Counted from the first letter of the stretch, positions 1 through 7,300 are shown. The stretch: DNA of 32,000 bases from an uncultured Pelagibacteraceae bacterium (GCA_902607625.1 CACLKR010000008.1:12426-44425); one strand, 5' to 3'. The notes: generated from the letters alone by a model not told the origin. Numbers and translations are program-made.

Positions 1-323
1 AAGCTTTGGAAGCACCAATCAGGCAAATAGTTGCCAACGCTGGTGTTGACGGATCAGTTGTCGTTGGAAAACTTTTAGAAGGTAAAAAACCAAGTCAAGG
101 ATATGACGCCCAAAATGAAAGTTACTGCGATATGTTTGTGAAGGGAATTATTGACCCAACTAAAGTTGTTAGAACAGCTTTACAAGATGCTGCATCAATT
201 GCAGGTTTGTTAATTACAACAGAAGCAATGGTAGCTGACAAGCCAGAAGAAAAAGATTCGGCGCCTGCTATGCCTCCTGGAGGAATGGGTGGTATGGGTG
301 GTATGGGTGGAATGGGAATGTAA
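1..323 (+). CDS. groEL: Chaperonin GroEL (Cpn60), C-terminal fragment; the 5' end lies upstream of the window
   Basis: The frame is open from base 3; the track's leading M at 6 is an internal TTG. The sequence ..[41 protein letters not shown].. and the [14 protein letters not shown] tail are diagnostic of GroEL. TAA at 321-323. Confidence 0.95.
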   Translation, partial: ALEAPIRQIVANAGVDGSVVVGKLLEGKKPSQGYDAQNESYCDMFVKGIIDPTKVVRTALQDAASIAGLLITTEAMVADKPEEKDSAPAMPPGGMGGMGGMGGMGM

Positions 324-354
324 TCCCCAATTCTCTCAAACAAAAATTCAAAAA

Positions 355-379
355 GCGCAGTCTTTACTGCGCTTTTTTT
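355..379 (+). terminator. Rho-independent terminator of groEL
   Basis: GCGCAGT-CTTT-ACTGCGC hairpin (355-372) followed directly by T7 (373-379), about 30 nt after the groEL stop. Confidence 0.75.
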
Positions 380-399
380 ATGTCTGCTCTAAAAACATT

Positions 400-440
400 A
401 GTGATGAAGGAGTGATGAAGGAGTGATGAAGGATTTCAAG
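400..440. repeat. Left flanking repeat of the R-M cassette: AGTGATGAAGG x3 in tandem, then ATTTCAAG
   Basis: Perfect 11-mers at 400-410, 411-421 and 422-432. A related block recurs at 3044-3072. Confidence 0.9.
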
Positions 441-505
441 CGTTATACTCGTATTTGTAAGTGCATCGATTCCTAAATATAGTGTAATTATTTCTAAAAT
501 AATAA

Positions 506-1255
506 ATGTTAAATTTTAAAAAAAAAAAATATAGTATAATTAATCTGGATGCTATTACTCTATTAAAAAAAATTCCTGATAATTCTATAGATATTATCGT
601 AACAGATCCTGCTTACTCAGGAATGAATAATCATTTAAAACTTGGCAAAGGTCGAATAATTGGAAAATATAAAGATAAAGGTGAAAAAGGTAAATGGTTT
701 AAAGAATTTGTAGACACAGAAGAAAATTATTCAATTTTTTTGAGTGAATGTTTTAGAGTTTTAAAAGAAAAATCACACATTTTTATAATGTTTGATTCTT
801 ACTCTCTACTTTCTCTAGGTTCATTGGTTAGAAAATATTTTCCTGTAAAAAATATTATAGTCTGGGATAAAGCAATTATTGGAATGGGACATTACTTCAG
901 AAGACAGTCAGAATTTATTTTATTTTCATCTAAAGGAAAAAAACCAATTTCTAATAGATCTACCAATGATGTATGGTCAATTAAAAGAATAGTTAGATCT
1001 AAATATCCCACCCAAAAACCTGTCGAGTTATTTTATAAAATGATATTTGTAAGCAAACTCAAAAATCAAAGAAATTTGACGGTTTGTGATCCTTTCTTAG
1101 GTTCTGGTAGTGCCGCCATTGCTGCTCTTAAACTTAATTGTAATTTCATTGGTGGAGATATTTCAAAAAAAGCAATTGCAATCTCTAAAAAAAGAATTGA
1201 TACGTTTTTAAAAAAAAAAGTTGATATACTTGAGAAAAAAAAGATAAAAAAATGA
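506..1255 (+). CDS. Type II DNA methyltransferase, beta-class (N6-adenine or N4-cytosine)
   Basis: The catalytic-motif-IV-like IIVTDPAYSG is near the N-terminus and the SAM-binding motif I, CDPFLGSGSAAIAA, is near the C-terminus. This IV-before-I order defines the beta class. The size (249 aa) is typical. The stop overlaps the next ORF's start (ATGA at 1252-1255). Confidence 0.85.
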   Translation: MLNFKKKKYSIINLDAITLLKKIPDNSIDIIVTDPAYSGMNNHLKLGKGRIIGKYKDKGEKGKWFKEFVDTEENYSIFLSECFRVLKEKSHIFIMFDSYSLLSLGSLVRKYFPVKNIIVWDKAIIGMGHYFRRQSEFILFSSKGKKPISNRSTNDVWSIKRIVRSKYPTQKPVELFYKMIFVSKLKNQRNLTVCDPFLGSGSAAIAALKLNCNFIGGDISKKAIAISKKRIDTFLKKKVDILEKKKIKK

Positions 1256-2988
1256 AATCACCTTGGAGTTTTCCTACATCTCCTAGATCGCCTTATAAAG
1301 TCATTGAAAGATTAAAACTAATCACGTCTCTTGATGGTAGAGATTATGACAAGAATTTACAAATAGAAATTGGAAAAAGAATTAGAGAGGAGGATGGAAA
1401 TCTAAAAGTAGGATTAAGTTCAAATTCATCAACTTTAGATTTTGTAGGTCGGGATTATATAACTCGCGCACCAAAAAAACTTGGAGTAGTTTATGTACCT
1501 GGTTCAGGAAAAGGAAAGTTTATTATTACAGAACAAGGAAAAAATTTAATTAATTCAAAAAATATGGAATTTGTAATTCAAAGACAAATTGCGAAAATTC
1601 AATATCCTTCGCCTATAAGCGCCAGAGGAACTGATAATATTAAGATAATACCTTTAACAACAATTATAAAAATTTTAAAAAAAGTTAGAGATCTCTCTAG
1701 ATCTGAAGTTATGATGTTTGTAATTACCATAGAAAAATTTACACAAATTAATACAGCAATTAAAGAAATCTTAAATTTTAGAGAAAAACTTAAAAAAATA
1801 AAAGGTAATCTCAAAAGAAAAAAATTTAGACGAGAAACTGGTCTTAAAAAACTTGAATGGTTTTATCAAAATGAAAATCCAAATATTAGAGAAAAAAAAG
1901 GAAAAAAAGTTGATAAGAAAGAATTTTTAAAAACAAAGTTAAACAACCATAAAGATTATGCTGACTCAATATTCAGATATTTTATTGCTACAGGTTTATT
2001 TAAGTTGAATAAAAATTCCAGGTTAGAAATTTCAAAGATTAATGAAAAAGATGCAGATTACTTATTAGAAACTATAGGTTTGGAACCAAAGACATTCGAA
2101 CCTGATGAAGAAAAATATGTAAAAAATTATATGGGAAAAGAAAATTCTATTTCTCTTTTTACAGATAAATTAAGTAATTTAATTAAGAAATTTAACTATC
2201 TCAAGAGGTTGTCATCTAAATTGAAATTAAAGATTAATACAAAAAATATTGAAAATAAATTTAATGAAGAAAAATCATTGGACATTAAGAAGGATATAAT
2301 TGTAGAGTTACAAAAAAGATTTATCTCGCTAAAAATGGAAAAATTTATTAAAAAACTTTCAGAAAGAAATCAAACTGATTTTGATGAAATCTTAAATCAT
2401 TTTGAAGAAATAAGTGATAGAAATTCTGATATTTTAGATAAACCCTTACAATATGAATATAATTTTTTCCGTGCATTTTCATTTATTGGAGATGCTGAAA
2501 AAATAATACCTAGTTTAAATTTTGATGAAGACACCAACCCCTTAAATACAACATCTAATAAACCTGATTTAATAATTGAATATAAAAATTTTATTCTAGT
2601 AGTAGAGGTGACTTTGAGTTCAGGTCAAAGGCAATACGAATCAGAAGGAGCACCTGTCTTTCGACACGTTGGAAAATGTCAAAATGAACATAACAAACCT
2701 GTTTTTGGTTTATTTGTTTCAGAAAAAATGGATGTAAATATGCCAATTGAATTTTTAAGTAGAGCAATGGTCAAAACAAAAATATACAATGGAAGAGTAA
2801 GAATTTTACCCATGGAAAGATCAGATTTTAATCTTTTATTTGAAAAAATTTATAAAAAAAAATTAAAAAGTAATTATTTATTTGATTTGTTTAATAGTTT
2901 TCTTGGAGATAGTGCTTTACTTAAATATCAAGATTTGGGTGAGGAAAATTGGATTAATGATTTTAAAAAAGATTTGTCACTACAATAA
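1252..2988 (+). CDS. Putative restriction endonuclease partner (from memory, possibly AlwI/PleI/MlyI-like family)
   Basis: It is translationally coupled to the methyltransferase. The C-terminal region has KPDLIIEY..VVEVTLSSGQRQYE, a PD..ExK-like core (P438-D439, E452) that lacks the canonical Lys. The N-terminal WSFPTSPRSPYKVIERL resembles the start of AlwI-family enzymes as I recall them. No search was possible. Confidence 0.55.
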   Translation: MKSPWSFPTSPRSPYKVIERLKLITSLDGRDYDKNLQIEIGKRIREEDGNLKVGLSSNSSTLDFVGRDYITRAPKKLGVVYVPGSGKGKFIITEQGKNLINSKNMEFVIQRQIAKIQYPSPISARGTDNIKIIPLTTIIKILKKVRDLSRSEVMMFVITIEKFTQINTAIKEILNFREKLKKIKGNLKRKKFRRETGLKKLEWFYQNENPNIREKKGKKVDKKEFLKTKLNNHKDYADSIFRYFIATGLFKLNKNSRLEISKINEKDADYLLETIGLEPKTFEPDEEKYVKNYMGKENSISLFTDKLSNLIKKFNYLKRLSSKLKLKINTKNIENKFNEEKSLDIKKDIIVELQKRFISLKMEKFIKKLSERNQTDFDEILNHFEEISDRNSDILDKPLQYEYNFFRAFSFIGDAEKIIPSLNFDEDTNPLNTTSNKPDLIIEYKNFILVVEVTLSSGQRQYESEGAPVFRHVGKCQNEHNKPVFGLFVSEKMDVNMPIEFLSRAMVKTKIYNGRVRILPMERSDFNLLFEKIYKKKLKSNYLFDLFNSFLGDSALLKYQDLGEENWINDFKKDLSLQ

Positions 2989-3043
2989 ATGCCACCTTCC
3001 AAAAAATTGTTGTCTTTTGAATTGCTTTGTAATTGCTTGATAT

Positions 3044-3072
3044 AGTGATGAAGAGTGATGAAGGATTTTCAG
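3044..3072. repeat. Right flanking repeat of the R-M cassette: AGTGATGAAG-AGTGATGAAGG-ATTTTCAG
   Basis: Direct-repeat match to 411-440, differing by one missing G and one extra T. Confidence 0.9.
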
Positions 3073-3125
3073 ATATGTTAGATAAAACAATACTTATTGA
3101 TTACCAGTATGAGAATGTAACCCGC

Positions 3126-3803
3126 TTAAATTAATGAATTTAAAAAAGGTCGCAAAGTTGCGGCCTTTTTTTTTGAAATCAATAAACAAGCTTGAGAATT
3201 TAAAATACATCCGTCCTTAAGGACTCTAAGATTATTGTCTTTTAAAGTTTTTCCTGTCGAGGTTATATCCGTAATAATTTCAGAGGATCCAATGAATGGA
3301 TAGGTTTCTGTTGCACCAAGACTTGGTACAAGTTTGTATTGGGTAATTCCTTTTGAAACTAGAAAATTATTAGTTAAATTTGGATATTTCGTTGCAACTC
3401 GTAACCTGGTGTTCTTTTTGTCTCTAAAATCAAAAGAAACTTCCTCTAAATCTGCTACTGTTTGAACATCTATCCAGTCATTAGGAATAGCGACCACAAC
3501 ATCCGCCACACCAAAATCCAGCTTTTTTTTAATTTCAATTTTTTTTTGAAGATTCATCGACGATTCTTGTAATAGATCTAGACCAGATATGCCTACGTCA
3601 ATAGTTTCGTCACCGAGTCTTTGTATTATCTCTTTGGCGTGTAAATAAATAATTTTTGAATTAGGTAAATTATCTATTTGAGCAAAATAATTTCTTTCAC
3701 CTCCATTAGAAGTTGGTTTTAAATTATTTTTTTCAAAAAAACTTATTGAGTCTTCTTTTAATCTTCCTTTGCTTGGCAAACCTATGGTTATTAAATTTTT
3801 CAT
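3126..3803 (-). CDS. hisG: ATP phosphoribosyltransferase, short (HisZ-dependent) form
   Basis: MKNLITIGLPSKGRLKEDSISFF.. is the N-terminal signature of HisG. At 225 aa it lacks the long-form C-terminal regulatory domain. It lies directly downstream of hisZ. Confidence 0.9.
   Translation of the reverse strand: MKNLITIGLPSKGRLKEDSISFFEKNNLKPTSNGGERNYFAQIDNLPNSKIIYLHAKEIIQRLGDETIDVGISGLDLLQESSMNLQKKIEIKKKLDFGVADVVVAIPNDWIDVQTVADLEEVSFDFRDKKNTRLRVATKYPNLTNNFLVSKGITQYKLVPSLGATETYPFIGSSEIITDITSTGKTLKDNNLRVLKDGCILNSQACLLISKKKAATLRPFLNSLI
3142..3174 (+). terminator. Terminator-like hairpin for rightward transcription, embedded antisense in the last codons of hisG
   Basis: A6-GGTCGC-AAAGTT-GCGGCC-T9. 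The stem has a U.G wobble on the + strand transcript but an A.C mismatch on the minus strand transcript. The T9 run is on the + strand. Confidence 0.6.
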
Positions 3804-3805
3804 CT

Positions 3806-4852
3806 TTATAAATTGTTTAAATTAATTGCGGCCCCAACTGCTGAAATATTTTTTTTAGATCCAAGACTTTTCAGCAAACCATCATATCTTCCACCTCTTG
3901 CTATCTCTTTTTTTGATGAGTTATATATCTCAAAAACTATTCCGGTATAATATTCAATATCCCTACCAAAGTTAGTTGAAAAAATAGTTTTAGAATTTAT
4001 TTTTGATAAATTTTTTATAGTTGATAAATCTTTAAAAACGCTGTTGCTTAATTTATTTTTTTTAACAAATCTTTTTAGAGTTTTCTCTAATTTATCAATT
4101 GAACAATTAATTTTTAAAAACTCTCTAATAATTTTCACAATTTTTTTATTTTCTACAAATGATCTTGGGTCTTTTATTTTTCTATCAAATCTAGCCAAAA
4201 TTTCAGAAACTTTACGGCTTGCAATTTCTTTGTTTTGATCAAGATTTTGCATCTCGGTAAATCTTTTTTTATCTAATTCAACTGCCACCGGGTCTACATC
4301 GGAGTTAGTTTCAAGTCTTTTAAGCAAATCTTCAAAATATTGAGGTCTCCAAAAATGTCTTTTCAGTCTCATCTTCCATCTTTCTGGAATTTTTAAAGAC
4401 TCTATCAACTTTTGAAATAAACTTACATCAGCTACTTTAATCGATGTATTTTTTATTTTTATTTTTTTAATTGAATTAGTAATTGTTTTTAAAACTTTTA
4501 AATCATCAGTAGATTTGTTTTTCGAACCTAAAATTTCTATCCCTAGCTGATCATTAATAACCTTGTCTTTTAGGCTATTTGACCTTCTATAGGCTTGTCC
4601 TGAGTAAAAAATTTTTGAATTTACTTTAGAATTACCTTTTAAATATTGTATACAAGAAGCAACCGTCAAATCTGGTCTTAGACACATACTTTTTCCAGTA
4701 TCATCCTCAAAAGTAAACATTAGCTTTCTAAAATTCTCGCCTGATCTTTGAATAATATAATCTGAGTCTAAAAGAACATCTGGTTCTGATAAAACAAAAC
4801 CATCTTTCTTAAAAATTTTTATTATATTTTCAGAGTAATTTTTTGATTTCAT
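3806..4852 (-). CDS. hisZ: ATP phosphoribosyltransferase regulatory subunit (HisRS paralogue)
   Basis: It has a class-II HisRS-like core (..CLRPDLT.., ..ARGGRYDGLL..) but, at 348 aa, no anticodon-binding domain. It sits between hisS and the short-form hisG. Confidence 0.85.
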   Translation of the reverse strand: MKSKNYSENIIKIFKKDGFVLSEPDVLLDSDYIIQRSGENFRKLMFTFEDDTGKSMCLRPDLTVASCIQYLKGNSKVNSKIFYSGQAYRRSNSLKDKVINDQLGIEILGSKNKSTDDLKVLKTITNSIKKIKIKNTSIKVADVSLFQKLIESLKIPERWKMRLKRHFWRPQYFEDLLKRLETNSDVDPVAVELDKKRFTEMQNLDQNKEIASRKVSEILARFDRKIKDPRSFVENKKIVKIIREFLKINCSIDKLEKTLKRFVKKNKLSNSVFKDLSTIKNLSKINSKTIFSTNFGRDIEYYTGIVFEIYNSSKKEIARGGRYDGLLKSLGSKKNISAVGAAINLNNL

Positions 4853-6164
4853 TTGCTAGATCCTCAATTTTAACCGAGCTTTCATTACCAGTTTCAAGAT
4901 TTTTTAATGTTGCTTTTCCAGATTTTATTTCGTCATCGCCATACAAAATAACAGCTGGAGATCCAATCTTATTTGCATACTCCATTTGTTTCTTTAATTT
5001 ACCTTCTCCTGGATAAATCTCAGAACTGATATTTGATATTCTAAGTTTATTTAATATCCCAACATATTCTTTGTTTTTGCTTTTATCAAAAACACATATG
5101 ACTATTGGTCGTACAGTCTTTATTTTAAAATCTTTTTTTTGCATCAAAGCAAACACGAGTCTATCAAGACCAATTGATATGCCAGTTGCAGGACAATCAA
5201 AATTTCCAAAATTGCTTACAAGGTTATCGTATCTTCCCCCTCCGCCTATTGATCCAAATTGAATGGCTTGTCCTTTTAAATTTTTTACCTCAAAATTTAA
5301 ATTTACCTCAAAAATAGGGCCTGTGTAATATTCCAAACCTCGTATAACAGAAGGATCGAATTTGAAATTTTTAAAATTATAATCTTGAAATATTTCAACA
5401 ATTTCTAAAACGTCTTCGCTGTCAGGCGTTTTGCTCTTTAAAGTATTTTCAATTATTTTAACCTGACCACTTTTAAGGTTTGCCCCTTTTGTGTAATCTC
5501 CAGATTTATCTTTTCTGCCTTCTCCAAGAAGTTTCTTTGCCTCTCCCCATCCAAGTCTATCAATTTTATCAAGGGCGCGTAGTGTGGTTGATATTTGGTC
5601 TTTTGATTTAATTTTTAATTTTTCAAATAATTTATCAGTGAATTTTCTAGAAGAAATCTTCACAGTGTAATCTGCCTTATCTAATCCACACCTTTCTAAT
5701 ATCTCAGATATTAATACACAAAGTTCTGCATCGGCTTGTAAATTGTTAGTACCAACATAATCTGCATCAAATTGTAAAAATTCTCTATACCTGCCAGGTC
5801 CAGGTTTTTCATTTCTCCAGACCGTTCCTAATTGATAGCGTTTAAAAGGTCTAGGAAGCTCAAGGTAGTTTTTTGCAACGTATCTTGCCAAGGGAGCTGT
5901 AAGGTCATATCGCAGTGACAACCATTTTTTTTCATCTCTAAAAGAAAATACTCCTTCATCTGGCCTTTCTTTGTCAGGTAAAAATTTTCCAATACTATCC
6001 GTATACTCGAAGCTTGGTGTTTCGAGATATTGAAAACCGTATTTAATCATAACTTCTTTAATATTAGAAATTATGAAATCTCGGGTTAATAATTCTTGTT
6101 CTTGTCTATCTATAAAACCTAAAGGTAATTCCTTAGAGGGTTTTAACTTCTTTTCTTTTACCAT
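4830..6164 (-). CDS. hisS: Histidine--tRNA ligase
   Basis: Class II motifs RYREFLQFDAD and GGGGRYDNLV are present, plus a C-terminal anticodon-binding domain. 444 aa. Confidence 0.93.
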   Translation of the reverse strand: MVKEKKLKPSKELPLGFIDRQEQELLTRDFIISNIKEVMIKYGFQYLETPSFEYTDSIGKFLPDKERPDEGVFSFRDEKKWLSLRYDLTAPLARYVAKNYLELPRPFKRYQLGTVWRNEKPGPGRYREFLQFDADYVGTNNLQADAELCVLISEILERCGLDKADYTVKISSRKFTDKLFEKLKIKSKDQISTTLRALDKIDRLGWGEAKKLLGEGRKDKSGDYTKGANLKSGQVKIIENTLKSKTPDSEDVLEIVEIFQDYNFKNFKFDPSVIRGLEYYTGPIFEVNLNFEVKNLKGQAIQFGSIGGGGRYDNLVSNFGNFDCPATGISIGLDRLVFALMQKKDFKIKTVRPIVICVFDKSKNKEYVGILNKLRISNISSEIYPGEGKLKKQMEYANKIGSPAVILYGDDEIKSGKATLKNLETGNESSVKIEDLANEIKKLL

Positions 6165-6168
6165 TTTT

Positions 6169-6245
6169 TGGTACAGCAGGGTGGATTCGAACCACCGACC
6201 CCTAGTTCCACAAACTAGTGCTCTAACCTACTGAGCTACTGCTGC
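6169..6245 (-). tRNA. tRNA-His (anticodon GUG), CCA encoded, no encoded G-1, discriminator A73
   Basis: The reverse complement is GCAGCAG-TA-GCTC-AGTAGGTTA-GAGC-A-CTAGT-TTGTGGA-ACTAG-GGGTC-GGTGG-TTCGAAT-CCACC-CTGCTGT-A-CCA. This folds as a full cloverleaf (77 nt). Confidence 0.93.
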
Positions 6246-6377
6246 ATAACTCCTTTTTATATTAATTGTTTATAAATTTGTATTTTAAATATGTAATGAT
6301 TTAGCTAAGCAATAGCCTAGCATGTGCAAAATGGTGTTTTGCCTTTGGAAAGTTTATGATTTTTAAATTTTCAATCA

Positions 6378-6415
6378 TTGCTGCAAAGTAACATAAAATT
6401 TTCACTTTGCAACAA
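6378..6415 (-). terminator. 3'-UTR hairpin downstream of the first csp gene; possible terminator without a U-tract
   Basis: On the minus strand, UUGUUGCAAAGU-14 nt loop-ACUUUGCAGCAA forms a 12 bp stem with one G.U. It starts 14 nt after the stop codon. No clear U-run follows. Confidence 0.35.
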
Positions 6416-6429
6416 CAGATTGTATATAA

Positions 6430-6633
6430 TTAAGCTTTTTGTAGATTTACTGCGGAAGGCCCTTTTTCTCCGTTCTCAACTTCAAATGTTAATTCATCAC
6501 CTTCATTCAATTCTATGTTTGCCTCTCTAGCTGCAGAAGAATGAACAAAAACATCTTTTTCCTTATCTTCGCGCTCAATAAAACCATAACCCTTTGTTGG
6601 GTTAAACCATTTTACTTTTCCTTTTATGCTCAT
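6430..6633 (-). CDS. cspA: Cold-shock protein (CspA family)
   Basis: [15 protein letters not shown] (RNP1) and VFVHSS (RNP2) motifs. 67 aa. Confidence 0.93.
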   Translation of the reverse strand: MSIKGKVKWFNPTKGYGFIEREDKEKDVFVHSSAAREANIELNEGDELTFEVENGEKGPSAVNLQKA

Positions 6634-6634
6634 A

Positions 6635-6666
6635 TTGTTTACCTTTCTTTTTGTTTACCTTTCTTT
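6635..6666. repeat. Perfect 16-nt tandem duplication (TTGTTTACCTTTCTTT x2) abutting the csp start codon
   Basis: Units are at 6635-6650 and 6651-6666. On the coding strand this reads AAAGAAAGGTAAACAA x2, which duplicates the SD-like GAAAGG. Confidence 0.9.
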
Positions 6667-6778
6667 GTTAATTTAAATTCATTATTAGCTAATCTAACAA
6701 CAAATTTTTTTTGGGACTGTTCAAATAAAATATCTAATAAGTTCTGCCCCAAATTTTATGAAATTTATTGAAATACGA

Positions 6779-6985
6779 TTAAGCTTTTTGCAGGTTTACT
6801 GCGGAAGGTCCTTTTTCGCCATTCTCAACTTCAAATGTTAGTTCGTCACCTTCGTTAAGATACTTAAGACCAGCATCTCTAACCGCGGTATGATGAACGA
6901 AAACATCTTTTTCTTTATCTTCTCTTTCAATGAAACCATATCCTTTTTTCCCATTGAACCACTTTACTTTACCTTTAAGACTCAT
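6779..6985 (-). CDS. cspA: Cold-shock protein (CspA family), tandem paralogue
   Basis: [15 protein letters not shown] and VFVHHT motifs. 68 aa. It is highly similar to 6430-6633 at the DNA level, clearest over the 3' ends. Confidence 0.93.
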   Translation of the reverse strand: MSLKGKVKWFNGKKGYGFIEREDKEKDVFVHHTAVRDAGLKYLNEGDELTFEVENGEKGPSAVNLQKA

Positions 6986-7041
6986 TTACTCGTTCCTTAG
7001 TTATTAATAATGTATTGTAGAAAATCTACAATAATTCCTCT

Positions 7042-7068
7042 TTAATATATTTAGAACACATATGTCAA
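7042..7068 (-). promoter_or_regulatory. Candidate sigma70-type promoter of the upstream csp gene
   Basis: On the minus strand there is a perfect TTGACA (7068-7063), a 15-nt spacer, then TATTAA (7047-7042). The spacing is suboptimal. Confidence 0.3.
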
Positions 7069-7221
7069 GTTGAAATATAGCTTTTTTAATTTTTTAAAAG
7101 AATACAAAGGTACAAAGCCCAATAGAATTAGTTCAATAAGCATACGATAAAATAAAATAAAAATTGGCACCATTATGATTGTCTTTGAGTATGTCAAGAA
7201 AAGCTTTAAAGCTCAAAAACG

Positions 7222-7297
7222 TGGTGGCCAGGGACGGAATCGAACCGCCGACACAAGCCTTTTCAGGGCTCTGCTCTACCAACTGAGCTACCTGGCC
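7222..7297 (-). tRNA. tRNA-Phe (anticodon GAA), CCA encoded
   Basis: The reverse complement is GGCCAGG-TA-GCTC-AGTTGGTA-GAGC-A-GAGCC-CTGAAAA-GGCTT-GTGTC-GGCGG-TTCGATT-CCGTC-CCTGGCC-A-CCA (76 nt). Confidence 0.93.
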
Positions 7298-7300
7298 TTA

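Larger units (their letters stand above)
400..3072 (+). mobile_element. Putative R-M islet bounded by direct repeats, with no recombinase gene
   Basis: Two accessory genes (methyltransferase and nuclease candidate) sit between core groEL and hisG. They are bracketed by AGTGATGAAGG..ATTT(T)CAG direct repeats. Confidence 0.45.

Noticed and set aside
283-320. A tandem 9-nt repeat (GGTATGGGT-type units) lies near the start of the window.
   Set aside because: It is simply the coding sequence of the conserved GGM-repeat C-terminal tail of GroEL.
400-432. I considered the AGTGATGAAGG x3 block as a CRISPR-like array or a mini-satellite with its own function.
   Set aside because: The units are only 11 nt, contiguous and without spacers. 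The informative property is the matching block at 3044-3072, which is reported as flanking direct repeats.
518-529. An A12 homopolymer lies in codons 5-8 of the methyltransferase, with A10, A9 and A7 runs at 1210-1252. I considered these as slipped-strand phase-variation switches.
   Set aside because: Poly-A Lys runs are ubiquitous in this AT-rich genome. Switching off the methyltransferase of a Type II pair while leaving the nuclease intact would be lethal. There is no evidence beyond tract length. It could be revisited with population read data showing length heterogeneity.
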